NCBI GenBank assembly: GCA_031367385.1
Contig: JANLPS010000019.1
Coordinates: forward strand, 1-64,000
Length of the DNA stretch: 64,000 bases
Reading direction: 5' to 3'
DNA from: Archangium sp.
Lineage (GTDB): Bacteria > Myxococcota > Myxococcia > Myxococcales > Myxococcaceae
Part shown: positions 9,603-19,096 of the stretch, piece by piece
Layout of the letters: each line of letters begins with the position of its first letter
Position numbering within the stretch: position 1 is the stretch's first letter
Program-made: the position numbers and the translations under genes
Notes under the pieces: model-generated
The model's input: only the letters and a program-made list of their open reading frames with translations
What the model was told of the DNA's origin: nothing
Database searches by the model: none

Positions 9603-10168
9603 CCGCGCTCTGGGCATACACTGCACTGCTGACGCTGGTCGGGCTCGAGCGCGTGGCCGAGCTGCTGATTTCGAAGCGCAACGCCGCCGCGGCCTTCGCC
9701 AAGGGCGCGGTCGAGGTCGGGCAGGCGCACTACAAAGTGATGGCGGTGTTTCACACGCTGTTTTTGCTCTCCTGCGTGGCCGAGCCCTGGCTGCTGGGGC
9801 GCGCTTTCCCCGGTCTGCTGGGGTGGGTGGCGCTGACCGGCGCGGTGCTGGCGCAGCTGTTGCGCTACTGGGCCATCACCACCCTGGGCCCGCGGTGGAA
9901 CACGCGCATCATCGTGCTGCCCGAAGCACCGCCGGTGACCGCCGGGCCGTACCGATTCTTGAAACACCCCAATTACTTGGCCGTAGTGATCGAGATGGTG
10001 TGCTTGCCGTTGATCTTCGGAGGCTTTTTGACCGCGCTGGTCTTCTCGCTCGGCAACGCAGCGATTTTGTTCGTGCGCATTCGCGCCGAGGAGCAGGCCC
10101 TGGGCTCGAAGTACGCCAGCGCCTTCGCCGGCAAGTCACGCTTCGTCCCGGGAGGCTCCCGTGTCTGA
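9596..10168 (+). CDS. Isoprenylcysteine carboxyl methyltransferase family protein (SrsB/BpsB-like O-methyltransferase)
   Basis: ERVAEL…RN, LGPRWNTRI, GPYRFLKHPNY, RIRAEE; overlaps the PKS stop. Confidence 0.9.
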   Translation: MVTALWAYTALLTLVGLERVAELLISKRNAAAAFAKGAVEVGQAHYKVMAVFHTLFLLSCVAEPWLLGRAFPGLLGWVALTGAVLAQLLRYWAITTLGPRWNTRIIVLPEAPPVTAGPYRFLKHPNYLAVVIEMVCLPLIFGGFLTALVFSLGNAAILFVRIRAEEQALGSKYASAFAGKSRFVPGGSRV

Positions 10169-10424
10169 GCTGCAAGCCACGATTCTCGAAGAGCTCAACC
10201 GCATCGCCAAGAAGGAGCTCGAGCTCGAGCAGCCGATTCTCCCCGCGATGTCGCTCAAGGCAGACCTCAAGCTCGACTCGATGGGCATGATCATCGTCGC
10301 GGTCGGTCTCGAGAATAAGTTCAAAGTGAAGCTCGAAGAGCAAGACGGCGGTGACCTGTTGACCGTGGGTGACCTGCTGACCCTGGTCGAGCGCCGAGTC
10401 ATCGAAGTGGGAGCATCGTCATGA
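10161..10424 (+). CDS. ftpC: Acyl carrier protein
   Basis: 87 aa acidic protein with phosphopantetheine site DLKLDSM and TVGDL. Confidence 0.9.
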   Translation: MSELQATILEELNRIAKKELELEQPILPAMSLKADLKLDSMGMIIVAVGLENKFKVKLEEQDGGDLLTVGDLLTLVERRVIEVGASS

Positions 10425-12190
10425 GACTGCGTGGACCCGACCTCGCCCCAACCCGCTGCGCGACCATCAACGAGGCGCTGCGGCTGGCTTCGCTGACCAC
10501 CCAAGGTCTGACGCTGGTCGATGCGCGCGAGCATGAGACGTTCATCTCTTTTTCAGACCTGTACATCAGTGCCCGCCGGGTCGCGGCAGAGTTGATGGGC
10601 CGTGGCGTGCTGCCGCATGACCGCGTCGCGTTGGTGTTGCCCACGGGCCGCGATTTTCTCGACGCGTTCTTTGGCGCGCAGCTGGCGGGAGCGATCCCCG
10701 TGCCGCTGTACCCTCCGGTGCGCCTGGGCCGAATGGACGAGTACGTGCAAAGCACCGCGCGCATGCTGGGGGCCGTGCGGGCGCGCATGGTCATCTCAGA
10801 CCGCCGGGTCAAGCTGCTGCTCGGCAAGGCAATTGATTTGGCTCGCCCCGAGCTGGGCTGCCCGACCGTTGCCGACCTGCTGCAGTCACAGGCCCAAGCC
10901 GAGTGCCCGGTGGGCCCCGAGTCGATTGGCGTGATTCAGTTTTCGTCGGGCTCGACCGTCGACCCCAAGCCGGTGGCGCTGACCCACGGCAACCTGGTGG
11001 CGCAGACCGCGGCGCTGGAGCAGCTGATGGGCCCTGGCAACCTCGGTGTTTCGTGGCTGCCGCTCTACCACGACATGGGGTTGATCGGCTGCTTGCTCTC
11101 GGCGGTGTACCAGGCGGGCCCGCTGGTGCTGCTCCCGCCCGAGCTGTTCTTGGCCAAGCCTTCGCTGTGGCTGCGGGCCATTTCGCGGCACCGGGCGACA
11201 ATTTCACCGGCACCCAACTTCGCATACGGGCTGTGCCTCAAGCGCGTGCACGATGAAGATCTGACCGGGGTCGACCTGTCGAGCTGGCGCTTCGCGCTCA
11301 ATGGCGCCGAGCCGGTGTCGCCAGAGACCATCGACAAGTTCTCGGCCCGCTTCGCCCCCTTCGGGTTTCGCAAGAAGGCATTGATGCCGGTGTACGGGTT
11401 GTCTGAGGCGTCGCTCGCGGTGACGTTCACCTCTCCGGAGGTCGACAAGACGGTGGTGATGGTCGACGCTCAGGCGTTGGCGAGCCGGGGCGCCGTGGTC
11501 GCGGGTACCCGGGGCTTGGTCTCGGTTGGAGCCCCCGTGCCAGGCGCCGAAGTCGAGGTGCGCGCCGAAGACGGTTCGTCGGTTGGCGAGAAGCAGGTCG
11601 GCCGCGTCTTCACCCGCGGCGTGTCGGTGATGAGCGGCTACTTCGGCAACTCCGAAGCGACGTCGCGGGCGGTGAAAGACGGCTGGCTCGACACGGGTGA
11701 CTTGGGCTTCGTGCACGGGGGAGAGCTGTTCATCTGTGGCAGGGCCAAAGACGTGGTGATCATTCGCGGGGCCAACCACGCTCCCCAGGAGTTCGAGGAG
11801 TGCCTCGACACGGTTCACGGCGTTCGAACCGGGTGCGCGGTGGCGGTAGGCTTCGTGCCGAACGACGCGAATGATGAACAGCTGCTGATGCTGGTCGAGA
11901 AGTCGGGAGAGCTCGTGCGCGACGTGGCCGAGCGGGTCAGCGCGATGGTGAACGACCGCACCGGCATCAAGCCGCACACCGTGGTGATGCTCGAGCCTGG
12001 CACGCTGCCCAGAACCTCGAGCGGCAAGCTGCGGCGCATGGAGTCGCTCAAGCGCTATCTCTCGAACACGCTCGAGGCACCGGAACATGTGAATGCGCTG
12101 ACGATGGGGCGCGAGATCGCGAAGTCGGTGCTGGGGCACGCCAAGGCGTTGTTCTCAGTGAACGTCGCGGGTCACGTCGCAGACAAGTGA
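10421..12190 (+). CDS. ftpD: Fatty acyl-AMP ligase (FAAL)
   Basis: QFSSGSTVDPK, SWLPLYHDMGLIG, YGLSEA, TGDLGF, LPRTSSGKLRR. Confidence 0.9.
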   Translation: MRLRGPDLAPTRCATINEALRLASLTTQGLTLVDAREHETFISFSDLYISARRVAAELMGRGVLPHDRVALVLPTGRDFLDAFFGAQLAGAIPVPLYPPVRLGRMDEYVQSTARMLGAVRARMVISDRRVKLLLGKAIDLARPELGCPTVADLLQSQAQAECPVGPESIGVIQFSSGSTVDPKPVALTHGNLVAQTAALEQLMGPGNLGVSWLPLYHDMGLIGCLLSAVYQAGPLVLLPPELFLAKPSLWLRAISRHRATISPAPNFAYGLCLKRVHDEDLTGVDLSSWRFALNGAEPVSPETIDKFSARFAPFGFRKKALMPVYGLSEASLAVTFTSPEVDKTVVMVDAQALASRGAVVAGTRGLVSVGAPVPGAEVEVRAEDGSSVGEKQVGRVFTRGVSVMSGYFGNSEATSRAVKDGWLDTGDLGFVHGGELFICGRAKDVVIIRGANHAPQEFEECLDTVHGVRTGCAVAVGFVPNDANDEQLLMLVEKSGELVRDVAERVSAMVNDRTGIKPHTVVMLEPGTLPRTSSGKLRRMESLKRYLSNTLEAPEHVNALTMGREIAKSVLGHAKALFSVNVAGHVADK

Positions 12191-13278
12191 TGTACGACCT
12201 GGCCATCGTGGGCGGTGGGCCCGCCGGGCTCGCAGTGGCGCTCGAGGCGGCAGCAGGTGGTCACTCGGCGGTGGTCTTCGAGCGCCGACCCGGCCCGGTC
12301 GACAAGGCCTGCGGCGAAGGGGTGATGCCGGCGGGGTTATCTGCGCTGGAGCGGCTTGGCGTGCTGCCCCACCTCGACCGGAGTGATACCGCCACCTTCG
12401 AGAGCATCACCTACGTGCAGGAAGACGGCCGGTCGGTTCGCGGGAGGCTGCCGGCGCCGGGAGGGTTGGGTATTCGGCGACTGGCGCTCGCTGGCGCGAT
12501 GCTGTCGCGGGCCCGCGAGGTGGGGGTGACCGTTGAGTTGCAGTGTGGGGTGCGCTCCCATGAAATCGGTGCTGATGGGGTGACGCTGACGACTGACGCG
12601 GGTGAGGTCCGGGCGCGGGTGCTGGTCGCCGCCGATGGGCTCCACTCGCCGTTGCGTCGGGCGGAGGGCCTCGAGAAACCATGGGTGGGCCCGAAACGCT
12701 TCGGGCTGCGGCGGCATGTGGTGATGGCGCCGTGGGCTCCGACCGTCGAAGTGCACTTTGCGCCGGGGGTCGAGGCGTACGTGACGCCCGCGGGTGTGCG
12801 TCGGGTCGGGGTCGCCTTTTTGTGGGAAGACGGCGGGGTGGCGGCGCCGGTCTCGTTTGAGACGTTGTTGGCGCGTTTTCCTCTTTTGCAGGAGCGCATC
12901 GCTGGGCACCCCTTCGATTCGGAGCCGCGGGGGGCGGGGCCGTTGCGGCAGCCGGTGACGGGGCGGGTGAAAGACCGGTTCGTGCTGGTGGGAGACGCGG
13001 CGGGGTACGTCGACGCCATCACCGGCGAGGGGCTGTCGTTGGCGTTCGATGGTGCGGCGTCGCTGGGGAGGCTGTGGCCTCGAATTCTGGCCAACCAGGG
13101 GTCGGCCGAGTCGATGGCCGACTACGAACGGGAGATGCGCCGGGGGTTTGCTCGGTACGCCCGGTTGGCGGGTGCGCTGGTCTGGGCCGCTCGACGACCG
13201 GGGCTCCGTCGGTTCATCATCAACCGGCTGATTGCCACACCGTGGCTCTTCGAGAAGGCACTGGCGCGAGCGGTCTAG
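12190..13278 (+). CDS. FAD-dependent oxidoreductase/monooxygenase (SrsC-like)
   Basis: GGGPAG, DKACGEG, AADGLHS, LVGDAAGYVDAITGEGL; TGATG overlap with the FAAL gene. Confidence 0.88.
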   Translation: MYDLAIVGGGPAGLAVALEAAAGGHSAVVFERRPGPVDKACGEGVMPAGLSALERLGVLPHLDRSDTATFESITYVQEDGRSVRGRLPAPGGLGIRRLALAGAMLSRAREVGVTVELQCGVRSHEIGADGVTLTTDAGEVRARVLVAADGLHSPLRRAEGLEKPWVGPKRFGLRRHVVMAPWAPTVEVHFAPGVEAYVTPAGVRRVGVAFLWEDGGVAAPVSFETLLARFPLLQERIAGHPFDSEPRGAGPLRQPVTGRVKDRFVLVGDAAGYVDAITGEGLSLAFDGAASLGRLWPRILANQGSAESMADYEREMRRGFARYARLAGALVWAARRPGLRRFIINRLIATPWLFEKALARAV

Positions 13279-13280
13279 GG

Positions 13281-13306
13281 AAAAAAGGTGTCACACACTT
13301 TTTTTT
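13281..13306. terminator. A/T-flanked hairpin, bidirectional terminator-like or REP-like
   Basis: AAAAAAGGTGTCACACACTTTTTTTT, an imperfect inverted repeat with an 8-T tract just after the PKS cluster. Confidence 0.55.
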
Positions 13307-13322
13307 CGCACAGGCTGCGGGC

Positions 13323-14234
13323 TTGAGATCTCTTCGCTTCGTTCTTTTGAGCCTTTGCGCATGCGCCCCGACGCTCATCGCCGAGGTGCCGGCCGCCCGG
13401 GTCGCCGCCAGCGCTCACCCTGCCCCTGCTCGCGGAGTCGCTCTCTGCGTCGCCATGCAAGAGCACTTCACCCGCTCCGGCCTCGCCGGGGCCGCCGACA
13501 GTGAAGCGCCCGAATGGCACTACGCCATCGCCAGCGTGCTCGTGAAACACCCGGCTGGGCTGACGATCATCGACCCCGCGTTTGGCAAAACCATCGCCCA
13601 TGACCTGGCCCGCGCAGGGTTTCTCTTCTCAGCCATCAGCGGTACCGCCGACACCAAGCGACCACTCGTCGACGTCTTGCGCGAAGAAGGCATCGACCCC
13701 GCCAGCATTCACTTCGCCCTCGCCACCCACCTCCACTGGGACCACATCGGCGGGCTCCGCGACCTGCCCAACGCCAAGATTCTCATCGGGCAACAAGAGC
13801 TCGAGAGCGCACGCCACCTTCACCAATGGGTCGAAGACGGCGTGATGCCGCACCACCTCGCCGGGGTCAAAGACCGCCTCTTCACCTTCCCCTTCAACGG
13901 GCCGGCCCGCGACGGCTTCTCTGCGTCATTCGACGTCTTCGGAGACGGCAGCATTATCGCCGTCCCGCTCCCGGGTCACACCGAGGGCAGCACCGGCTTC
14001 TGGGTCACCGACCTCAACGGCCACCACTGGCTCTTCATCGGCGACGCTTCGTGGACGGTGTGGGGCATCGAGAAGCCCGCCCATAAAACGGTCCCCATCG
14101 ACGCTAACCGCGACGAATTGTCGAACACCTTGGGGCTGTTGCACGCCATCTTCGTGAACCGCCCCGACGTCACCATCGTGCCCGCGCACGACGAGCGCGC
14201 CCTAGGCTTGCTGCCGACCTGCGCGGCGAACTAA
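13323..14234 (+). CDS. MBL-fold metallo-hydrolase, AHL-lactonase-like, probable lipoprotein (TTG start inferred)
   Basis: THLHWDHIGG, DVFGDGS, PGHTEG, GDA, AHD; lipobox-like LSLCAC. Confidence 0.8.
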   Translation: MRSLRFVLLSLCACAPTLIAEVPAARVAASAHPAPARGVALCVAMQEHFTRSGLAGAADSEAPEWHYAIASVLVKHPAGLTIIDPAFGKTIAHDLARAGFLFSAISGTADTKRPLVDVLREEGIDPASIHFALATHLHWDHIGGLRDLPNAKILIGQQELESARHLHQWVEDGVMPHHLAGVKDRLFTFPFNGPARDGFSASFDVFGDGSIIAVPLPGHTEGSTGFWVTDLNGHHWLFIGDASWTVWGIEKPAHKTVPIDANRDELSNTLGLLHAIFVNRPDVTIVPAHDERALGLLPTCAAN

Positions 14235-14271
14235 CGGCCGTCGCCAAAGATGGCCTACAAGCCCTCCACCC

Positions 14272-15006
14272 ATGCGACTCTTTGCCATCGGAGACACGCA
14301 CCTCCCCTCGACCCGAAACAAGGACATGGACCGCTTCGGCTGGACCGGTCACCCCGAGCCCCTGCGCCAGGCGTGGGACGCCAAGGTCACCGCCGACGAC
14401 GTGGTGATCGTCGCCGGAGACATCTCCTGGGCTACCCGCCCCGCCGAGGTGATGGGCGACCTCCAGTGGCTCGATGATCGACCCGGTAAGAAAGTGCTCC
14501 TGCGCGGCAACCACGACTTCTGGTGGGGCGACTCGACCAGCAAGCTGCGCCGCCTCTTCGAGCCCTTCAAGAGCTTCGTCGGGTTCATTCACAACAGCGC
14601 GGTGCAGGTCGGCCCCTACGTCATCGCGGGCTCCCGCCTGTGGACAGCGCCCGAAGCCCCCGCGATGCCGGGCGGTGAAATGGGCGACGAGGTGCAAAAG
14701 CCCGACTACATCGAGCGCGAAGGCCGGCGCCTGCAGCTGAGCATCGACGACGCCAAGAAGCTCGAGGCGGCGTCAGCAAAGCCGCTCATTCGCGTGGTGG
14801 CCGTGCACTTTCCGCCCATCTATTCGAACAACATCGAGACGCTCTTCTCACGAACGCTCGAGGCCTGGCACCCAACGGTGTGCGTGTACGGCCACCTTCA
14901 TGGCCCTGGCATCGGGGCCGGGTTCGTGGGCGAGCATGGGGGCGTGCAGTACGTCTTGGCCTCGTGCGACGCGGCGAAGTTCTCACCGGTGTTGCTGCAC
15001 AGCTGA
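14272..15006 (+). CDS. Calcineurin-like metallophosphoesterase
   Basis: GDTHL, AGDISW, GNHDFWW, HFPP, YGHLH. Confidence 0.9.
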   Translation: MRLFAIGDTHLPSTRNKDMDRFGWTGHPEPLRQAWDAKVTADDVVIVAGDISWATRPAEVMGDLQWLDDRPGKKVLLRGNHDFWWGDSTSKLRRLFEPFKSFVGFIHNSAVQVGPYVIAGSRLWTAPEAPAMPGGEMGDEVQKPDYIEREGRRLQLSIDDAKKLEAASAKPLIRVVAVHFPPIYSNNIETLFSRTLEAWHPTVCVYGHLHGPGIGAGFVGEHGGVQYVLASCDAAKFSPVLLHS

Positions 15007-15024
15007 GCTCGTGCCCATGCGAGG

Positions 15025-15060
15025 CCTTGTCAACCAGTTTGCAGCCGAAGGTTGACAAGG
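15025..15060. promoter_or_regulatory. BirA (biotin repressor) operator overlapping a TTGACA -35 element
   Basis: Perfect 11-bp inverted repeat CCTTGTCAACC-N14-GGTTGACAAGG 28 bp upstream of bioB; fits the TGTCAACC-N14-GGTTGACA BirA-box form. Confidence 0.88.
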
Positions 15061-15088
15061 TTCGCCGCTCCTCTTACCACCTGCGCAC

Positions 15089-16129
15089 ATGACGACTTTC
15101 ACAGGTCACGCGCACACCGCCCACCCGCAGCACCACGTCGAGGCGACGCTCGAAGTGCCGCTGCGCCACGACTGGTCGCAGGCCGAGGCGAAGGCTCTGT
15201 ACGAGCTGCCCTTGATGGAGCTCATCTACAAAGCGCAGACCGTTCACCGCGCGGTGTGGCGTGAGAACAAAGTTCAGCTTTGCAGCTTGCTGAGCATCAA
15301 GACCGGCGGCTGCGCAGAAGACTGCGCCTACTGCCCGCAAGCGGCGCGCTACAAGACCGGCGTCAAGGCCGAGAAGTTGATGGCGGTCGACGAGGTGCTC
15401 GAGGCCGCGCAAAAGGCCCGAGACGCCGGGGCGACCCGGTTCTGCATGGGCGCCGCCTGGCGAGAAGTGAAAGATGGCCCGCAGTTCGACTCGGTGCTCG
15501 AGATGGTGCGCGGCGTGAAATCGATGGGCATGGAGGCCTGCTGCACCCTCGGCATGGTCTCGAAGGCCCAGGTCGCGCGGCTCAAAGACGCCGGCCTCGA
15601 TGCCTACAACCACAACCTCGATACCGGTGAGAGCCACTACGGCGACATCATCTCGACGCGCACCTACCAAGACCGGCTCACGACCATCGCCTCGGTTCGC
15701 GAGGCGGGCATCGAGGTGTGCTCGGGCGGCATCATCGGGCTGGGCGAGAGCATCGAGGCGCGCTGCGAGATGCTGGTGACCTTGGCCAACCAGCCGAAGC
15801 ACCCCGAGTCGGTGCCGGTGAACGCGTTGGTCGCGGTCGAGGGCACGCCGCTCGCCGAGCAGAAGCAGGTCGATTTCACCGAGATGGTGCGAATGATCGC
15901 CGTAGCGAGGCTGATGATGCCGGCCTCGATGGTGCGGCTGTCGGCCGGGCGCTCGCAGATGAGCCAGGAGGCCCAGCTGCTGTGCATGATGGCCGGCGCG
16001 AACTCGCTGTTTTTCGGAGAGAAGCTGCTCACCACCGGCAACCCCGAGTACGCAGAAGACATGTCGCTGTTCGAGAAGGCGGGCATCGTGCCGCTGGAGC
16101 CGAACGTCGATGTGCCGACGCGGCAGTAA
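15089..16129 (+). CDS. bioB: Biotin synthase
   Basis: [15 protein letters not shown] radical-SAM motif, [29 protein letters not shown]. Confidence 0.97.
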   Translation: MTTFTGHAHTAHPQHHVEATLEVPLRHDWSQAEAKALYELPLMELIYKAQTVHRAVWRENKVQLCSLLSIKTGGCAEDCAYCPQAARYKTGVKAEKLMAVDEVLEAAQKARDAGATRFCMGAAWREVKDGPQFDSVLEMVRGVKSMGMEACCTLGMVSKAQVARLKDAGLDAYNHNLDTGESHYGDIISTRTYQDRLTTIASVREAGIEVCSGGIIGLGESIEARCEMLVTLANQPKHPESVPVNALVAVEGTPLAEQKQVDFTEMVRMIAVARLMMPASMVRLSAGRSQMSQEAQLLCMMAGANSLFFGEKLLTTGNPEYAEDMSLFEKAGIVPLEPNVDVPTRQ

Positions 16130-16137
16130 CGAAGACC

Positions 16138-17283
16138 GTGGCTGACGTGGTCGCGCAGTGGGCTCGGTCGTCGCTCGAGGCGAGCGAGCGGCAGGGTTTG
16201 CGGCGTACCCTCGAGCCGCTGAGCTCGGCGCAGGGGCCCCGCATTTGCATTGGGGGGCGGTGGCTGACCAATTTTTCCTCGAACGATTACCTCGGCCTGG
16301 CGAACGACCCACTGTTGCGCGAGGCAGCGAAGGCGGCGATCGACCGCTTCGGCGTGGGCTCCGGCGCCTCACGCCTGGTGGTCGGAGACTCGCTCGAACA
16401 TCAAGCCCTCGAAGCAGAGCTCGCCGCGTTCGAGCGCACCGAGTCGGCGCTGTTGTTCAACTCGGGGTACGCGGCCAACGTGGGGACGATTTCGGCGCTG
16501 GTGGGCCCGGGCGACGTGGTGTTCAGCGACGCGCTCAACCACGCGTCGATCATCGATGGCTGCCGGCTCTCACGCGCGCAGATCGTGGTGTACCCGCACC
16601 GCGATGTGGCAACCCTCGAGCGGCTCGTTGGAGGGCACCTGGGTCGGCGGCGGCTGGTGGTGACCGACGCGGTCTTCTCGATGGACGGCGACCTGGCCCC
16701 GCTGCGCGAGCTTTCGACGCTCTGCGAGGAGCACGGCCTGGGGTTGATGGTCGACGAAGCGCACGCCACGGGCGTTCTGGGCGTGGGCGGCGCCGGGCTC
16801 AGCGAAGCGCTGGGGGTCAGGCCTGACGTGGTGATGGGCACGCTCTCGAAGTCGATTGGCGCGATGGGGGCGTACGTCGCCGGGGCTTCAGTGCTTCGCG
16901 AGATGCTGCTCAACCAGGCGCGGTCGCTGGTGTTTTCGACCGCGCTCCCGGCGTCGATGTGCGCCGCGGCCCGAGCTGGCCTGCGGGCCTTGGGCGACGA
17001 AGAGCGGCGCTCGCGGCTGTGGCGCAACATGAACCAACTGGCGGCGGGCCTCGGGGTCGAGCCCCGGTCGAGTATTTTCTCGGTGATTCTGGGCGCTCCC
17101 GAGAAGGCGGTGGCGGCGGCGAGCGCGCTGCGTGAACGAGGCATCTTGGTGAAGCCGATTCGGCCCCCGACGGTGCCGGTGGGTACCAGTCGCCTTCGCA
17201 TCGCGGTGACGGCGGGGCACACCGCCAATGAGGTGGCGGCTCTGGTCGATGGCCTTCGCGATGTCAAAGCCATTCACTTCTGA
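16138..17283 (+). CDS. bioF: 8-amino-7-oxononanoate synthase
   Basis: [54 protein letters not shown] start inferred just after bioB. Confidence 0.95.
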   Translation: MADVVAQWARSSLEASERQGLRRTLEPLSSAQGPRICIGGRWLTNFSSNDYLGLANDPLLREAAKAAIDRFGVGSGASRLVVGDSLEHQALEAELAAFERTESALLFNSGYAANVGTISALVGPGDVVFSDALNHASIIDGCRLSRAQIVVYPHRDVATLERLVGGHLGRRRLVVTDAVFSMDGDLAPLRELSTLCEEHGLGLMVDEAHATGVLGVGGAGLSEALGVRPDVVMGTLSKSIGAMGAYVAGASVLREMLLNQARSLVFSTALPASMCAAARAGLRALGDEERRSRLWRNMNQLAAGLGVEPRSSIFSVILGAPEKAVAAASALRERGILVKPIRPPTVPVGTSRLRIAVTAGHTANEVAALVDGLRDVKAIHF

Positions 17284-17906
17284 GGTCGAACCGCCGCGAG
17301 CAACGCGGCCATCTGCGGCGTCTTCGCGGCGACCTTGGCGAGCTGAGCGAACCACTCCAGGCCATGGCCGCTCGCGGTGACCTTGGCGAAGGTCGTCATC
17401 AGCGCGTCGACCGACTCGACCGAGCCCTCGATCGCGAGCACGCCCAGCACTGAGATCGAAGGCTCGATGCCGACGGCGACGGCCCGCAACGCCTCGACCA
17501 TCGCGGGGTCAGCGGCCAGCGCCTGAAGCGATTGCGTCTTGAGCTTCGAGCCAAAAGCCGCGGTCGCGTTCAACTTGAGAAAACGCGTGAGCAATGACCT
17601 CCACGCGAGCTGCAGCTCGCCGTCACTGCCATCGCGCGGCAAGAGGGCCCGTGCCAAAAGAGAGAATTCGGTGGTCGCAGCGCCACGATCGAACGCCGCG
17701 AGCATGCCCCGAATCACCTCCGCCGGGAGGCCACCAGCGCTCCGCGCGAACCGATACCAATCGCGGCCCACGAAGTAGAGCGATGCCGCGGTCAGCACCT
17801 GTGCATCGACGTGAGGGAGCGAACGAAAAGCGGCAACCCAGCCCGTGACGTCGGAGGGCCGTGTGCGAAGGAGTTGAGTGGCCTCAGCGACCGAGCGTTT
17901 CTTCAT
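17274..17906 (-). CDS. Hypothetical helical protein
   Basis: 210 aa ORF convergent with bioF; no recognised motif. Confidence 0.55.
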   Translation of the reverse strand: MKKRSVAEATQLLRTRPSDVTGWVAAFRSLPHVDAQVLTAASLYFVGRDWYRFARSAGGLPAEVIRGMLAAFDRGAATTEFSLLARALLPRDGSDGELQLAWRSLLTRFLKLNATAAFGSKLKTQSLQALAADPAMVEALRAVAVGIEPSISVLGVLAIEGSVESVDALMTTFAKVTASGHGLEWFAQLAKVAAKTPQMAALLAAVRPQK

Positions 17907-18295
17907 CAGTTCCAGCGGCGGCGTGCTGCTGCCAGGTGAGGGCTTCCTCCTGATTGGGCCAACACGACGGCGTCATCGTCAATTTGCATTGGTAGACCTT
18001 CGTTCTGCCACACCCTTCTCAACGGTAAGTGCCCTTTGGGCTCTGCGCTTCAGGGCAGCCCAATCTGACTGAACATACATTACGACAGCCTCGCGCTCGC
18101 CTTGTGCCACGGCCTTCGGAGCGGTCGCACAAGAACCGAAGTGTCGCGTTCCTTCTACTGCGAGGAGGCGTTGGGTGAGGGCCCTGACGGAGCTTGGTGC
18201 GGTGCCCTCGGCATGCCCGACCGGGCAGGCCCGAGGCTCGCCTTGTTCGTGTCGTAGGGCTGGTGATCGTCTCGCGGAAATGATGATTGAGCAAC

Positions 18296-19096
18296 ATGCT
18301 GCCGCGCCTGCAACTTTTCGAGTTCAACGATGCCGCGTGGGCCCCCAAGGTCTTGCGCGAGACGATCATCGAAGCGTTGAGCCGAACGCTCGATTGGGCG
18401 CACGTGATGCGGCCCTTGGTGGGGCCCTTTCGTGAGTTTCTCGCCGCGAGCAAGGCCGGCACCATCATCGACCTGGCTGCCGGGGCGGGGGGGCCAGCGG
18501 CCATCTTGCTGCACGAACTGCGACGCGCCGGGGCCACCCTGCCCAAGTTCGTGTTGACTGACCTGCTGCCGGCGGTCGAGTCGTGGTCGCAGCTCAAAGA
18601 GCGCTTCCCCGCCTCAGTCGAGTATGTGGCTGAGCCGGTCGACGCGACCGCCATTCCTCCGAAGCTCGAGGGGGCGCGGCTGATCATCAACGCCCTCCAC
18701 CACTTTCCTCCAGCGCTGGCGCAGCAGGTGCTGCTGGCGGCCTGCAAGGGCTCGCCCGGCATTTTCGTGGCCGAGGGCCTGGTGCGAAACCCGCTGTCTT
18801 TCGCGGCGATGGCACCGGCGGGCGTGGTCTCGCTGATGCTGGGCCCGCTGGTCACCCGAGAGCACCGGCTCGAACGAATCTTCTACACCTGGCTGACGCC
18901 GCTCGCCCTGCTGGCCTCAGTGTGGGACGGCACGGTGAGCACCTTTCGCTGCTACAGCGAAGTGGAGCTTCGAGCGATGGTCGAGCCGCTGGGCGACAGC
19001 TGGCGGTGGGAGTTCGGGACCTACGAGTTCAACGCGTTGGGGCGCGGTACCTGGTTTTACGGTGTGCCGAGCCCAGTGGCGGTCAGCGCTTCTTGA
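18296..19096 (+). CDS. Class I SAM-dependent methyltransferase-like protein
   Basis: RLQLFEFND, IIDLAAGAGGP, LTDL, VDAT, NALHHF, WDG.VS..RCYS. Confidence 0.75.
   Translation: MLPRLQLFEFNDAAWAPKVLRETIIEALSRTLDWAHVMRPLVGPFREFLAASKAGTIIDLAAGAGGPAAILLHELRRAGATLPKFVLTDLLPAVESWSQLKERFPASVEYVAEPVDATAIPPKLEGARLIINALHHFPPALAQQVLLAACKGSPGIFVAEGLVRNPLSFAAMAPAGVVSLMLGPLVTREHRLERIFYTWLTPLALLASVWDGTVSTFRCYSEVELRAMVEPLGDSWRWEFGTYEFNALGRGTWFYGVPSPVAVSAS

Noticed and set aside
15718..16137. N-terminal extension of bioF, and similar extensions on ORFs starting at 4078, 13074, 25424, 55495 and 20879
   Set aside because: The extensions overlap neighbouring genes and are low-complexity; starts were reset to the motif- or signal-bearing codon.
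17907..18290. Visibly less GC-rich gap that might hold a small gene or ncRNA
   Set aside because: Only short ORFs without motifs and no recognisable RNA structure; it may be decayed foreign DNA but nothing can be supported.
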